Origin: Burkholderiales bacterium
GTDB taxonomy: Bacteria; Pseudomonadota; Gammaproteobacteria; Burkholderiales; SG8-39
Assembly (NCBI GenBank): GCA_050248795.1
Contig: JBFWRS010000017.1
Location: 1,146-65,145, forward strand
Reading direction: 5' to 3'
Length of the DNA: 64,000 nt
A model generated the notes under the pieces. That model was not told the DNA's origin. It saw only the letters and a program-made list of their open reading frames with translations, and did not search any database. Positions 9,542 to 19,867 of this stretch are shown here, piece by piece; the first letter of the stretch is position 1, and the number at the start of each line of letters is the position of its first letter. Both the position numbers and the translations under genes were made by a program.

Positions 9542-10378
9542 CTAGCCGAAGCGGCCAGTCACGTAGTCCTCGGTCTGCTTGTTCTTCGGATTGATGAAGA
9601 TGTTGTCGGTGAGGTCGAACTCGACCACCTCGCCAAGGTACATGTAGGCGGTGTAGTCCGACACGCGTGCGGCCTGCTGCATGTTGTGCGTGACGATCAC
9701 GATGGTGAGGGCTTCCTTCAACCCATGCAGCAGCTCCTCGAGCTTGGCCGACGATATCGGGTCGAGCGCGGACGCCGGCTCGTCCAGCAGCAGCACCTCG
9801 GGTTCCAGCGCCACCGCACGCGCGATCACCAGGCGCTGCTGCTGGCCGCCCGAGAGGCTCAGGCCGCTTTCCTGCAGCCTGTCCTTCACCTCGTCCCACA
9901 ATGCGGCGCCGCGCAGCGCTTTCTCGACGGTTTCGTCCAGGGTGCGGCGGTCGCGTATGCCCATGATGCGCAAGCCGTAAGCGACGTTCTCGTAGATGGA
10001 CTTCGGGAACGGATTCGGCTTCTGGAACACCATGCCGACCCGCCTGCGCAAGTGCGCCACGTTGAGGCTGCGGTCGTGGATGTCCTTGCCGTCCAGCCTG
10101 ATGTCGCCTTCGATGCGGCAGATGTCCACCAGGTCGTTCATGCGGTTGAAGCAGCGCAACAGCGTCGATTTGCCGCAGCCGCTGGGGCCGATGAACGCGG
10201 TGACGCGGTGACGCGGGATGTCCAGGTGGATGTTCTTCAGCGCCTGCGTGGGGCCGTAGTACAGGTTCAGGTTGCGCACCTGGATGCAGATGTCCTCGCT
10301 CGGGCGCGGGCCGGCGCCGTCCGGGCGTCCGATCTTCTGCATGTCGATGGCGTGCGTGGTGAATGCGGGCTGGTTCAT
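9542..10378 (-). CDS. pstB: phosphate ABC transporter ATP-binding protein
   Basis: Walker A is GPSGCGKST, the ABC signature is LSGGQQQR and Walker B is LLLDEP. The PstB-typical C-terminus [10 protein letters not shown] is present. Confidence 0.95.
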   Translation of the reverse strand: MNQPAFTTHAIDMQKIGRPDGAGPRPSEDICIQVRNLNLYYGPTQALKNIHLDIPRHRVTAFIGPSGCGKSTLLRCFNRMNDLVDICRIEGDIRLDGKDIHDRSLNVAHLRRRVGMVFQKPNPFPKSIYENVAYGLRIMGIRDRRTLDETVEKALRGAALWDEVKDRLQESGLSLSGGQQQRLVIARAVALEPEVLLLDEPASALDPISSAKLEELLHGLKEALTIVIVTHNMQQAARVSDYTAYMYLGEVVEFDLTDNIFINPKNKQTEDYVTGRFG

Positions 10379-10433
10379 GTGCGGAATCCGTCGGTATGGG
10401 TGCTTCGTTCCATGGTGCGTGCGGGCATGGGCA

Positions 10434-12092
10434 TCAGACGCCTTCCAGGCCCTTCAGGCGCTCGCGCAGCCGGTTGCGCAGGGAAATCGCGGCCAGGTTC
10501 AGCACCACGATCACGATCACCAGCAGCAGCGCCGTGGCATAGACCAGCGGCCGGGCGGCCTCGACGTTCGGGCTCTGGAAGCCGACGTCGTAGATATGGA
10601 AGCCCAGGTGCATGAACTTGCGCTCCAGGTGCAGGTACGGGAAGTATCCGTCCAGTGGCAGGCTGGGCGCCAGTTTTACCACGCCCACCAGCATCAGCGG
10701 CGCCACTTCGCCTGCCGCGCGCGCCACGGCGAGGATCAGGCCGGTCATCATCGCCGGGCTGGCCATCGGCAGCACGGTGCGCCACAGCGTCTCGGCCTTG
10801 GTGGCCCCGAGCGCCAGGCTGCCTTCGCGGATGCTGCGGGGCACGCGCGACAGGCCCTCCTCGGTCGCCACGATCACCACCGGCAGCGTCAGGATGGCGA
10901 GCGTCAGCGACGCCCACAGGATGCCGGGGCTGCCCAGCGTCGGCGCGGGCAGCGCTTCCGGGAAGAACAGGTGGTCGATGCTGCCGCCGAGGAAGTAGAC
11001 GAAGAAGCCGAGGCCGAACACGCCGTAGACGATAGAGGGGACCCCGGCGAGGTTGTTCACCGAGATGCGGATCAGGCGTATCAGCTGGCCCTGTTTCGCG
11101 TACTCGCGCATGTACACCGCCGCCATCACCCCCAGCGGCGTCACCATAGCCGCCATCAGCAGCACCATCATCACGGTGCCGAATATGGCCGGGAAGATGC
11201 CGCCCTCGGTGTTCGCCTCGCGCGGGTCGTCGACGATGAAATCCCACAGCTTGCCGAAATAGAAGCTCACCTTGGCGAACACGCCCATGGCATTGGCCTG
11301 GTAGACGTCCGCCACCTTGGCGAGCGGCACCTCGACCGCCTTGCCGTCCATGACTTCGGCGACCAGCTTGTCGCGGTCCAGGTCCTTGCGCAGTTGCGCG
11401 AGGCGCTCCTGCAGCTTCGCGAACTCGGCCTTCCACAGCGCGCGCTCGCGCTCGATGGCGGCGCGGTCGGCGTCGGTGATCCGGTTGGATAGCTCCAGCT
11501 TGCGCTCGCGCAGCCGCAGCTGCTCGATCTTGTAGTTGATGTGACCGATGTCCTTCTTCTCGATGCGATGCGCCTCGTTGAACAGGCGCAATGCGCGCTC
11601 GAAGCGCTCGACCAGCACGGGCCAGGCCGCCTGCGCGCCCTCGGCCACCACCCTGTCGCCTTCCTTGACCGCCTTGAGGTGACCGTAGAAGTTGCCCCAC
11701 TCGCGGCGCTCGATCGTGACGATGTCCTTCGGGAACGTGATGTCGCCCATCAGCGAGCGCGGGTACCAGCGGAAATCGAAGCCGTAAACGTCGCGGTTGC
11801 CGAGCTTGAGCAGCAGGCGAGTGGTGAACACGTCCGTGCCCTCGATGCGGTATCCGGACTCGACCAGGCGCCGCACGGCCACCTCCTGCTCCTCGGCGAT
11901 TTCGCCGATCAGGCGGATTCGCTTGCCGTCCTTCTCGACGAACTGCATCTCTGCCACCGGCTTGGGCCAGAAATGCCCGAGGCCGCGGAACGCGGTAAGC
12001 CACAACACCGCGAACACCATGACCAGCGACAACGCTACCGCACCTGCAGTCATCCAGATCCACGGCGCGCCGGACTTGAACCAGTTGTTCAT
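10434..12092 (-). CDS. pstA: phosphate ABC transporter permease PstA (long form)
   Basis: The C-terminal permease core contains the EAA-like loop ([21 protein letters not shown]). It has a large extra N-terminal region and sits between pstC and pstB. Confidence 0.85.
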   Translation of the reverse strand: MNNWFKSGAPWIWMTAGAVALSLVMVFAVLWLTAFRGLGHFWPKPVAEMQFVEKDGKRIRLIGEIAEEQEVAVRRLVESGYRIEGTDVFTTRLLLKLGNRDVYGFDFRWYPRSLMGDITFPKDIVTIERREWGNFYGHLKAVKEGDRVVAEGAQAAWPVLVERFERALRLFNEAHRIEKKDIGHINYKIEQLRLRERKLELSNRITDADRAAIERERALWKAEFAKLQERLAQLRKDLDRDKLVAEVMDGKAVEVPLAKVADVYQANAMGVFAKVSFYFGKLWDFIVDDPREANTEGGIFPAIFGTVMMVLLMAAMVTPLGVMAAVYMREYAKQGQLIRLIRISVNNLAGVPSIVYGVFGLGFFVYFLGGSIDHLFFPEALPAPTLGSPGILWASLTLAILTLPVVIVATEEGLSRVPRSIREGSLALGATKAETLWRTVLPMASPAMMTGLILAVARAAGEVAPLMLVGVVKLAPSLPLDGYFPYLHLERKFMHLGFHIYDVGFQSPNVEAARPLVYATALLLVIVIVVLNLAAISLRNRLRERLKGLEGV

Positions 12093-12108
12093 CTGCGTTT
12101 CGCCTCCG

Positions 12109-14382
12109 TCAGATCGAGCTGTAGCGCTCGCGCAGGCGCTGGCGCACCAGTTCGGCGAGCGTGTTCACGACGAAGGTGAAGCCGAACAGCACCAGCGCCG
12201 AGAGGAAAAGCACCCGGTAGTGAGTCGAGCCGACCGCGGATTCCGGGATCTCGACGCCGATGTTCGCCGACAGCGTGCGGAACCCGGTGAAGATGCTGAA
12301 ATCCATCACCGCGGTGTTGCCGGTGGCCATCAGCACGATCATCGTTTCCCCGACCGCGCGGCCCATGCCGATCATGATCGCCGAGAAGATGCCGGGGCTC
12401 GCGGTAAGCAGCACCACGAACAGCAGCGTTTGCCAGGGCGTGGCGCCCAGCGCGAGCGAGCCCGAGGTAAGGTGCCTGGGGACGCTGAAGATCGCGTCTT
12501 CCGCGATCGAGAATATCGTCGGTGTCACCGCGAAGCCCATGGCGATGCCCACGACCAGGGAATTCCTCTGCTCGAATGTGATGCCCATCTCGTTGCTGAG
12601 CCAGTGCGGCATGTCGCCGTTGAAGAACCGGCCCTCGACGACGTTGCCAAGGGCGAGCGCGATGTAGATGGCGAGGATCACCACCGGTATCAGCATCGCC
12701 GCCTCCCAGCCCGGTGGAACGCGGTTGGTGAAACCCGCCGGGATCAGGTGCCACGCATACGAGGCCAGCACGATCATCAATGGCATGACGACGAGGATGA
12801 GCAGGGTTCCGGCGAGGTTGTTCTCGACGAACGGCGCCAGCCACAGGCCCGCGAGGAAGCCGAGGATCACGGTGGGCAAGGCCTCCATGATCTCGATGGA
12901 CGGCTTGACGACCGTGCGCATGCGGGCCGACATGAAGTAGGCGGCGAAGATCGCGCCGAGCACCGCGAGCGGTACCGACACCAGCATGGCGTAGAAGGCG
13001 GCTTTCAGCGTGCCGAAGGTGAGCGGTGACAGGCTGAGCTTCGCCTCGAAGTCGGAAGTCGCTGCCGACGACTGCCACAGGTACTCAGGCTTGTTGTAGC
13101 CCTCGTACCAGACCTTTTCCCACAGCGCATGCCAGGAGATCTCGGGATGTTCGTTGTCGACGCGGGCATGGTGGAATGCGCCGCCGGCTTCCTCGATGAG
13201 GAGCGCGTTCGCACGGGGAGCGACCGTAGCCGACGCAATGGCCGTCTTTCCGAGCGCTTCGGTGTGCATCGTCCGCCGCGACGTCGCGTAATAGATGCCG
13301 ACGTTCCCCTTGTCGTCGCCGGCAAGGAACCCCTTGCGAAAGAACTCCGGCGTAATCAGCGTCACGCGGCCCGGGAGCGGGTCGAACGTGCGGATGCGAG
13401 TAAGGTTGAGGGTGTTCTGGCCGTCGTTCACCAGGAACCACTGCGCGAGCGAACCCTTCGAACTGCCGACGATCAGCGAGAACCCGCCGCTCAGGATCTC
13501 CAGCGCCGATATCGCGTCGTCCTCCGGCAGTACCTGCACCTTCTGCATGAACTTGGGCTGCGCCTTGTCTGTGATGTCGTACTGGCTGACGAATCGCGCG
13601 TCGTGCGCCACGTAGAGCTCGCGATGCTTGATGTCCACGATCAGCTTCGTGATCGGGCCGGTGACCGGGGCGAGTTCCGCGCCTTCGGATTCGAGCGTCA
13701 CTTCGCCGCTGATCAGGTTCTTCGTTGCGGTAAGCCCGCGCAGGACGAGGCGACCGTCTTCCGTCAGCGCGACGATCGTGGTGCCGTCCTTCTCGCCGTG
13801 CTGGACGCTGACCATCCGCAGTGCGCTGCCCTTGTCGTCGACGACGATCGGATCCTCGCCCACGGGGAACTCGAGCTTTGGCGTGATCGTGCGCTTGTCC
13901 TTGGGGAACGTGACTTCGTAGACCTGCTTGGCGAGCAGCACGCGGCCGTCGGACAGGCCATATGCCGTGACGTACTCGTGCGGGTCGCCGGCATCGAAGC
14001 TGGTGATCTTCGCGCCGGCCGGGACCTTCAGGCGGGTTTCGGCCATTGGGCGCCCATCCCGCATGTCGAAGAACATCACCCCGCCTGCGTCCGTGAAGCG
14101 CACGCCGACCTCGGCGAGTTCCTCGGCTGAAAGATGCACGGTCTTCTCGTCCTTGGGGCCCGGGCGCGGGTACTGCGTGGCGCCGTGCATGCCCGCCGGC
14201 ACGAACAGCGGCACCACCACGCTCGCAAGGTAGAAGAAGATCGTGCTGATGGCGACGATGACGCTGATGCCGCCGATGGTCATCATCTGGCGGAACAGCA
14301 TGTCCTTGGTCAGCCGCCTGGATAGGTGGCGCTCCGCGTGCAGGTCGAAACCGGAGGGAGATGTGGAGAGGGGCGTGCTCAT
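12109..14382 (-). CDS. pstC: phosphate ABC transporter permease PstC (long form with a roughly 430-aa N-terminal periplasmic domain)
   Basis: The C-terminal permease core contains [19 protein letters not shown]. One TM segment is followed by a long soluble domain before the permease. The gene follows pstS and the lipoprotein gene. Confidence 0.85.
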   Translation of the reverse strand: MSTPLSTSPSGFDLHAERHLSRRLTKDMLFRQMMTIGGISVIVAISTIFFYLASVVVPLFVPAGMHGATQYPRPGPKDEKTVHLSAEELAEVGVRFTDAGGVMFFDMRDGRPMAETRLKVPAGAKITSFDAGDPHEYVTAYGLSDGRVLLAKQVYEVTFPKDKRTITPKLEFPVGEDPIVVDDKGSALRMVSVQHGEKDGTTIVALTEDGRLVLRGLTATKNLISGEVTLESEGAELAPVTGPITKLIVDIKHRELYVAHDARFVSQYDITDKAQPKFMQKVQVLPEDDAISALEILSGGFSLIVGSSKGSLAQWFLVNDGQNTLNLTRIRTFDPLPGRVTLITPEFFRKGFLAGDDKGNVGIYYATSRRTMHTEALGKTAIASATVAPRANALLIEEAGGAFHHARVDNEHPEISWHALWEKVWYEGYNKPEYLWQSSAATSDFEAKLSLSPLTFGTLKAAFYAMLVSVPLAVLGAIFAAYFMSARMRTVVKPSIEIMEALPTVILGFLAGLWLAPFVENNLAGTLLILVVMPLMIVLASYAWHLIPAGFTNRVPPGWEAAMLIPVVILAIYIALALGNVVEGRFFNGDMPHWLSNEMGITFEQRNSLVVGIAMGFAVTPTIFSIAEDAIFSVPRHLTSGSLALGATPWQTLLFVVLLTASPGIFSAIMIGMGRAVGETMIVLMATGNTAVMDFSIFTGFRTLSANIGVEIPESAVGSTHYRVLFLSALVLFGFTFVVNTLAELVRQRLRERYSSI

Positions 14383-14415
14383 GGCGCGTGCCGGCAGTTG
14401 GAGGGGCGGCGAAGA

Positions 14416-14441
14416 AGGGGCCGAGGATTTCCCCGGCCCCT
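14416..14441 (-). terminator. intra-operon hairpin between the lipoprotein gene and pstC
   Basis: AGGGGCCG-(10 nt)-CGGCCCCT forms an 8-bp perfect stem in the 85-nt spacer. It is followed by only a weak T run on the minus strand, so it may be an attenuator or mRNA-stability element. Confidence 0.35.
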
Positions 14442-14467
14442 ATGTTGGTCGAAGCCGCGGGATTTGG

Positions 14468-15055
14468 CTACTTCATGCCGCGCAGGTTCTTGAACTTCTC
14501 AATCAGCTTGACCGGCTTGCCCGCCTTGGCGGTCTTCTTGTTGAGGGCATAGACGACGGTCTCGCCCTTCGGGCCGGTGCCGACTTCGGTGAAGGTGAGG
14601 ATCACCTCGCCGTGATCCATGTAGTCCTTGAAGTCCTTCCATTCGCCGAACACGTGGTAACGGCCGTTCTTTACCACCTCGCCGTAGAAGTCGACGCCGC
14701 CCGTCACCTTGCCGTCGAAGAAGAGCTCTCCCATGCTGGGCTGCTTCCTCTTCACGTCGTCACGGGTGATGCCGAAGACCACAGTCTTGCCGCCGGGGCC
14801 GGCGCCGATGCGCGCGCGCGTCAGCGCTACCTCGCCGTGCGCCATGTACGACAGGTATGTCTTCACGTCGCCAAAGGCCCACAGGCGGCCGTCTTTCGGG
14901 TAGACGACGAAGTAATGCGGTGCAGTTGAACCCTGGGCCTGCGTGGCGTGCGCCGACGCACTGCCGGAGCCGGTGTCGGTGGCGCAGCCCGCGATGCCGG
15001 CCGCCAGGCCCGCCGCGAGGGCGAGTCGGGTGATGCTGTTCAGTTGGATCTTCAT
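14468..15055 (-). CDS. hypothetical lipoprotein with an internal tandem duplication, embedded in the pst operon
   Basis: MKIQLNSITRLALAAGLAAGIAGC carries a lipobox, and an aaggag RBS sits upstream of the ATG at 15055. Two repeats of about 50 aa share Y..VV..GR...FG..K....YM.HGEV.LT...G.GP.G.TVV. Confidence 0.7.
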   Translation of the reverse strand: MKIQLNSITRLALAAGLAAGIAGCATDTGSGSASAHATQAQGSTAPHYFVVYPKDGRLWAFGDVKTYLSYMAHGEVALTRARIGAGPGGKTVVFGITRDDVKRKQPSMGELFFDGKVTGGVDFYGEVVKNGRYHVFGEWKDFKDYMDHGEVILTFTEVGTGPKGETVVYALNKKTAKAGKPVKLIEKFKNLRGMK

Positions 15056-15085
15056 GTGCCTGGTTCTCCTTGAGTGCACGTGGAT

Positions 15086-15112
15086 GCGGGGCGCGCTGCT
15101 GCCGCGCCCCGC
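15086..15112 (-). terminator. hairpin immediately downstream of pstS
   Basis: GCGGGGCGCG-ctgctgc-CGCGCCCCGC is a 10-bp perfect stem, 8 nt after the pstS stop. No U-tract follows. It probably acts as a partial terminator or stabiliser that lets pstS be expressed above pstCAB. Confidence 0.45.
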
Positions 15113-15119
15113 AGCCTGG

Positions 15120-16103
15120 CTACTTGCTCATCGCCGTGACCGCGTCGGCCGCCAGCTTGGCAGGCAGGGGCACGAAGCCGTCGCGCACCACCACCGTCTG
15201 GCCTTCCTTGGACAGCACCATCTTGAAGAACTCGCGCTCGAGCGGTGCCAGCGGCTGGTTGGGGCGCTTGTTCACATACACGTACAGCACGCGCGCCAGC
15301 GGGTACTTGCCGCTGATGGCGTTCGCGGCGTCGGGCTCGACGAACGCGGTGCTGTCCTTCGGGCCGAGCGGCAGGGCGCGCACGCCGGAGGTCTTGTAAC
15401 CGATGCCCGAGTAGCCGATCGCGTTCAGTCCCGAGGTCACGCTTTGCACTACCGAGGCAGAGCCCGGCTGTTCCTGCACCGTCTTGCGGAAATCGCCGCG
15501 GCACAGCGCGCGCGACTTGAAGTATCCGTATGTGCCGGAAACGGAATTGCGGCCGTAGATCGAGATCGCGCGGGTAGCCCAATCGCCGGTCAGCCCGAGT
15601 TCGCCCCAGCGATTCACTTCCGCCTTGCCGCCGCAACGGCGCGTGGCAGAGAACACGGCATCCACCTGCTGGATGGAAAGCCCCTTGATGGGGTTGTCCT
15701 TGTTCACGTACACCGCCAGTGCGTCGATCGCCACCGGCACCGCCATCGGCTTGTAGCCGTGGCGCTTCTCGAACGCCTCGATCTCCTTCGCATTCATGGC
15801 GCGGCTCATCGGCCCGAAGTTCGACGCGCCTTCAATCAGCGCCGGTGGCGCGGTGGACGAGCCGGCACCCTGGATCTGGATGTTGACGTTGGGGTAGAAG
15901 CGCTTGTACTCCTCGGCCCAGAGCGTCATGAGGTTGTTCAGCGTGTCGGACCCGACGCTGGTGAAGTTGCCGGAGACGCCGCTGGCCTTCTGGTAAGAGG
16001 GCAGGCCCGGGTCTACCTGCACGGCCTGCGCGAGCACTGCCTGGGACGCGAGCGTGGACGCTGCGACGAATCCCAGCATGGAAACGATTCGATTGAGACG
16101 CAT
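15120..16103 (-). CDS. pstS: phosphate ABC transporter substrate-binding protein
   Basis: A signal peptide is followed by PBP-like motifs ([41 protein letters not shown]). An aaaggag RBS is present and a Pho box lies upstream. Confidence 0.9.
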   Translation of the reverse strand: MRLNRIVSMLGFVAASTLASQAVLAQAVQVDPGLPSYQKASGVSGNFTSVGSDTLNNLMTLWAEEYKRFYPNVNIQIQGAGSSTAPPALIEGASNFGPMSRAMNAKEIEAFEKRHGYKPMAVPVAIDALAVYVNKDNPIKGLSIQQVDAVFSATRRCGGKAEVNRWGELGLTGDWATRAISIYGRNSVSGTYGYFKSRALCRGDFRKTVQEQPGSASVVQSVTSGLNAIGYSGIGYKTSGVRALPLGPKDSTAFVEPDAANAISGKYPLARVLYVYVNKRPNQPLAPLEREFFKMVLSKEGQTVVVRDGFVPLPAKLAADAVTAMSK

Positions 16104-16174
16104 GTTGGATATAGCTCCTTTGGATACAACGAGATAGTGTTTACAGCCGCGCTTGGGGCTCGCTGTGGACAGGG

Positions 16175-16207
16175 ATTATTTCAGCGCCGTGTTACAGATT
16201 CGTGACG
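16175..16207 (-). promoter_or_regulatory. Pho box plus -10 element for pstS
   Basis: The minus strand reads CGTCAC-GAAT-CTGTAAC (7-4-7 Pho-box architecture, 16191-16207), then a 10-nt spacer, then AATAAT (16175-16180). Confidence 0.55.
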
Positions 16208-16235
16208 CTCCGGGGGCAAGGACGCGACGCTCAGG

Positions 16236-16269
16236 CTGTAACATCACGGTCACATTGAGTGCTTAGATT
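16236..16269 (+). promoter_or_regulatory. Pho box plus -10 element for phoU-phoB-phoR
   Basis: The plus strand reads CTGTAAC-ATCA-CGGTCAC (16236-16253), then a 10-nt spacer, then TAGATT (16264-16269). It is the mirror image of the pstS element 28 bp away. Confidence 0.5.
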
Positions 16270-16354
16270 CCGTGGACTCGGCTCCGCTGGCGCCAACGCG
16301 CGGCGGGAGCAGCGAACCCACACATGAAGGGCCGCACGGTCCGGGACGGAGAGC

Positions 16355-17065
16355 ATGAGCGCAGGCGAACACACCTCCAAGCAGTACGAGGCAGAACTCG
16401 ACGCCATCTGCACGCGGGTCTTGCAGATGGGCGGGCTGGTCGAAGCGCAGATCCGCGCAGCGATCGACGGATTTTCCAGCGGCGATTCGCAGCTGCTTGC
16501 GCGCGTGGTGGAGGACGACCATCGCGTCAACAGCTACGAAGTCTCCATCGACGAGGCCTGCGCGCACCTGATCGCGCGGCGCCAGCCGGCCGCGAGCGAC
16601 TTGCGCCTGATCATGGCGATCAGCAAGACGGTGACCGATCTCGAACGCATAGGCGACGAGGCGGAGAAGGTGGCGCGCATGTCCACGCTGATACACGAGC
16701 GCGGCATGCAGCCTGCGCATCGCTTCCCCGGCATCCGTCACGCCGCCACCGCGGCGATCGGCATGCTGCGCATGGCGCTGGACGCGTTCGCACGGCGCGA
16801 CGCGAATACGGCGGCAGAAGTGCTGACGCACGACGACGCCATCGACAACGAGTTCCGTTCGATCCTGCGCCAGCTGATCACCTTCGTCATGGAGGACCCG
16901 CGCATCATCTCCACCGCGCTCGAGATCGTCTGGATCGCGAAGGCCGTCGAGCGCATCGGCGATCATGCGAAGAACATGGCAGAGCAGGTGATCTACATCG
17001 TCAAGGGAACCGATGTCCGCCATACTGCAGTCGAAGACGTCAAGCGGGAAATCGGCGCGGTCTGA
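16355..17065 (+). CDS. phoU: phosphate signalling complex protein PhoU
   Basis: Duplicated PhoU repeats are present with E(R)IGD motifs (DLERIGDEAEKV and VERIGDHAKNM). The 236 aa length fits. Confidence 0.9.
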   Translation: MSAGEHTSKQYEAELDAICTRVLQMGGLVEAQIRAAIDGFSSGDSQLLARVVEDDHRVNSYEVSIDEACAHLIARRQPAASDLRLIMAISKTVTDLERIGDEAEKVARMSTLIHERGMQPAHRFPGIRHAATAAIGMLRMALDAFARRDANTAAEVLTHDDAIDNEFRSILRQLITFVMEDPRIISTALEIVWIAKAVERIGDHAKNMAEQVIYIVKGTDVRHTAVEDVKREIGAV

Positions 17066-17066
17066 C

Positions 17067-17759
<693 letters not shown>

Positions 17760-17764
17760 GCGCC

Positions 17765-19081
17765 ATGCGCCTGCGCGCCGGCAGGTTCCTTCCGGGACTG
17801 CTGCTGGCCGTGCTGGTCGCCGTACCCGCCGGCATGGTATTCGGCGCCGTGGCGGGCTGGGCGACTCTGGCGCTAGGGTTCGGCGTGCTGCTGTGGCGCA
17901 ACTACGCCAACCTGCTGGAGCTGCTCGACTGGGCGGCGCAGCCTCGGCTCAGCGACCCGCCGCAGGGCGAGGGGGTCTGGGCGGAAGTGTTCGATCACCT
18001 GCACCGGCACCGCCGCGCCAACCTGCGCCGCCGCCGCGAGCTCGCGACGCTGATGGTGCGCACGCGGCGCGCGGTCGAGGCGCTGCCCTACGGCGTTGCG
18101 CTGCTGGACGGCGACAACCGGCTGGAATGGTGCAACGAAGTCGCGCAGGAACACCTCGGCATCGACGCCGAACGCGACCGCGGCCAGCCGGTGCAGAATT
18201 TCGTGCGCCAGCCGGAGTTCTTCGAATACCTCGCGTCCGACGACCTTGCCGCAGGCGTGGTGCTGCGCACCGGCCCGCCCGGCGGGCGCAGCCTGTCAGT
18301 GCAGATCGTCGCGGTCGATGACGCGGCGCGCCTGCTGCTGTCGAACGACGTCACCGGCGCGGAGCGGCTCGAATCGATGCGGCGCGATTTCGTCGCCAAC
18401 GTCTCGCACGAGCTGCGCACCCCGCTCACGGTGCTCGCAGGCTTTCTCGAAACCATCCGCGACCTCGACCTGGACGCCCAGCGCGTGCACGACTACGTCT
18501 GCCTGATGGCGCCGCAGGCCGAGCGCATGAAGCGCATCATCGACGACCTGCTGACGCTGTCTTCGCTGGAGCACGCGCCGGCGCCGGCGCCCGAGCGCGT
18601 GCGCGTGCGGCTGCTGCTGGACCGCGTGATGGCCGAGGCGCGCATGCTGAGCGCGGGCCGGCACCAGCTGTCGCTGCAGGTGCAGGGCGAGCACGACGTC
18701 GCCGGCGCCGACAGCGAAATCGCCAGTGCGTTCACCAACCTGGTCACCAACGCCATCCGCTACACGCCCGCGGGCGGCGAGATCCGGCTGGCATGGAAGT
18801 CCTCGGCCGAGGGCGCGGAGTTCTCCGTGACCGACACCGGCATCGGCGTGCCGCCGGAGCACGTATCGCGGCTGACCGAGCGCTTCTACCGCGTCGACCG
18901 CAGCCGCTCGCGCGAAACCGGGGGCACCGGGCTGGGACTCTCGATCGTCAAGCACGCGCTGGCACGCCACAACGGCGTGCTGGAAATCGACAGCGAACCC
19001 GGCAAGGGCAGCTGCTTCACCGCGCGCTTCCCGGCCACCCGCCTGCTGGCCCGAGAAACCCCGCAGAAGGTGTCCGGCTGA
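17765..19081 (+). CDS. phoR: phosphate regulon sensor histidine kinase PhoR
   Basis: An N-terminal TM region and a PAS-like region are present. The H-box is FVANVSHELRTPLT, and the N, G1 and G2 boxes are visible (NLVTNAIRYT, DTGIGV, GTGLGLSIV). Confidence 0.9.
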   Translation: MRLRAGRFLPGLLLAVLVAVPAGMVFGAVAGWATLALGFGVLLWRNYANLLELLDWAAQPRLSDPPQGEGVWAEVFDHLHRHRRANLRRRRELATLMVRTRRAVEALPYGVALLDGDNRLEWCNEVAQEHLGIDAERDRGQPVQNFVRQPEFFEYLASDDLAAGVVLRTGPPGGRSLSVQIVAVDDAARLLLSNDVTGAERLESMRRDFVANVSHELRTPLTVLAGFLETIRDLDLDAQRVHDYVCLMAPQAERMKRIIDDLLTLSSLEHAPAPAPERVRVRLLLDRVMAEARMLSAGRHQLSLQVQGEHDVAGADSEIASAFTNLVTNAIRYTPAGGEIRLAWKSSAEGAEFSVTDTGIGVPPEHVSRLTERFYRVDRSRSRETGGTGLGLSIVKHALARHNGVLEIDSEPGKGSCFTARFPATRLLARETPQKVSG

Positions 19082-19084
19082 TGC

Positions 19085-19867
19085 TCAGAAGGTACCCGGA
19101 TACAGGCCGCCGTCCACGAGCAGGTTCTGCCCGGTGACGTAGCCGGCGCGGGCGCTGCACAGGAACGCGCAGTAGTCGCCGAACTCCTCGATGGTGCCGT
19201 GCCTGCCGGCGGGGATCGCCGCGATGTTGGCGGCGCGCGCGTCGTCGAAGCTCTTGTTGCCGCTCTTCGCCTGGAACTCGATGTTGCTCTTCAGGCGGTC
19301 GGTCCACATGCGCCCGGGCAGCAGGCCGTTGATGGTGACGTTGTGCATCGCGATCTTGCGCGCGATGCCGGCGACGAAGCCGGTGAGGCCGGTGCGCGCA
19401 CCGTTCGAGAGGCCCAGTTCCGCGATCGGCATTTTCACCGCGCTCGAGGTGATGTTGACGACGCGGCCGAACTTTCGCGCGATCATGCCGTCCACCGTGG
19501 CGCGGATCAGCTCGATCGGCGTCAGCATGTTGGCGTCCAGCGCCTTGATCCACTCGTCGCGGCCCCATTGGCGGAAGTCCCCGGGCGGCGGGCCGCCCGC
19601 GTTGTTGACCAGGATGTCCACCTGCGGGCAGGCGGCGAGCGCCTGCGCGCGGCCTTCCGGCGTGGTGATGTCGCCCATCACCGTTACGACCTTCGCGCCG
19701 GTCTCCTTGCGGATCTCCTCGGCGGTCGCTTCCAGCGCATCCTTGCCGCGCGCCGTGATGACGAGGTTCACGCCCTCGCGCGCCAGCGACACCGCGCAGC
19801 CCTTGCCCAGCCCCTTCGATCCCGCGCAAACCAGCGCGTGCTTCCCCCTGATTCCCATGTCCATCAT
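19085..19867 (-). CDS. SDR-family oxidoreductase
   Basis: An AGGAGG RBS precedes MMDMGIRGKHALVCAGSKGLGKG (Rossmann motif), and NNAGG is present. This is the C-terminal 260 aa of the artefactual 833-aa ORF. Confidence 0.75.
   Translation of the reverse strand: MMDMGIRGKHALVCAGSKGLGKGCAVSLAREGVNLVITARGKDALEATAEEIRKETGAKVVTVMGDITTPEGRAQALAACPQVDILVNNAGGPPPGDFRQWGRDEWIKALDANMLTPIELIRATVDGMIARKFGRVVNITSSAVKMPIAELGLSNGARTGLTGFVAGIARKIAMHNVTINGLLPGRMWTDRLKSNIEFQAKSGNKSFDDARAANIAAIPAGRHGTIEEFGDYCAFLCSARAGYVTGQNLLVDGGLYPGTF

Noticed and set aside
8354-10615. A 753-aa plus-strand ORF spanning gabD and pstB in antisense.
   Set aside because: It crosses an intergenic hairpin and two well-supported minus-strand genes. 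Its composition is junk (runs of R, G, A and V). It is a GC-driven open frame.
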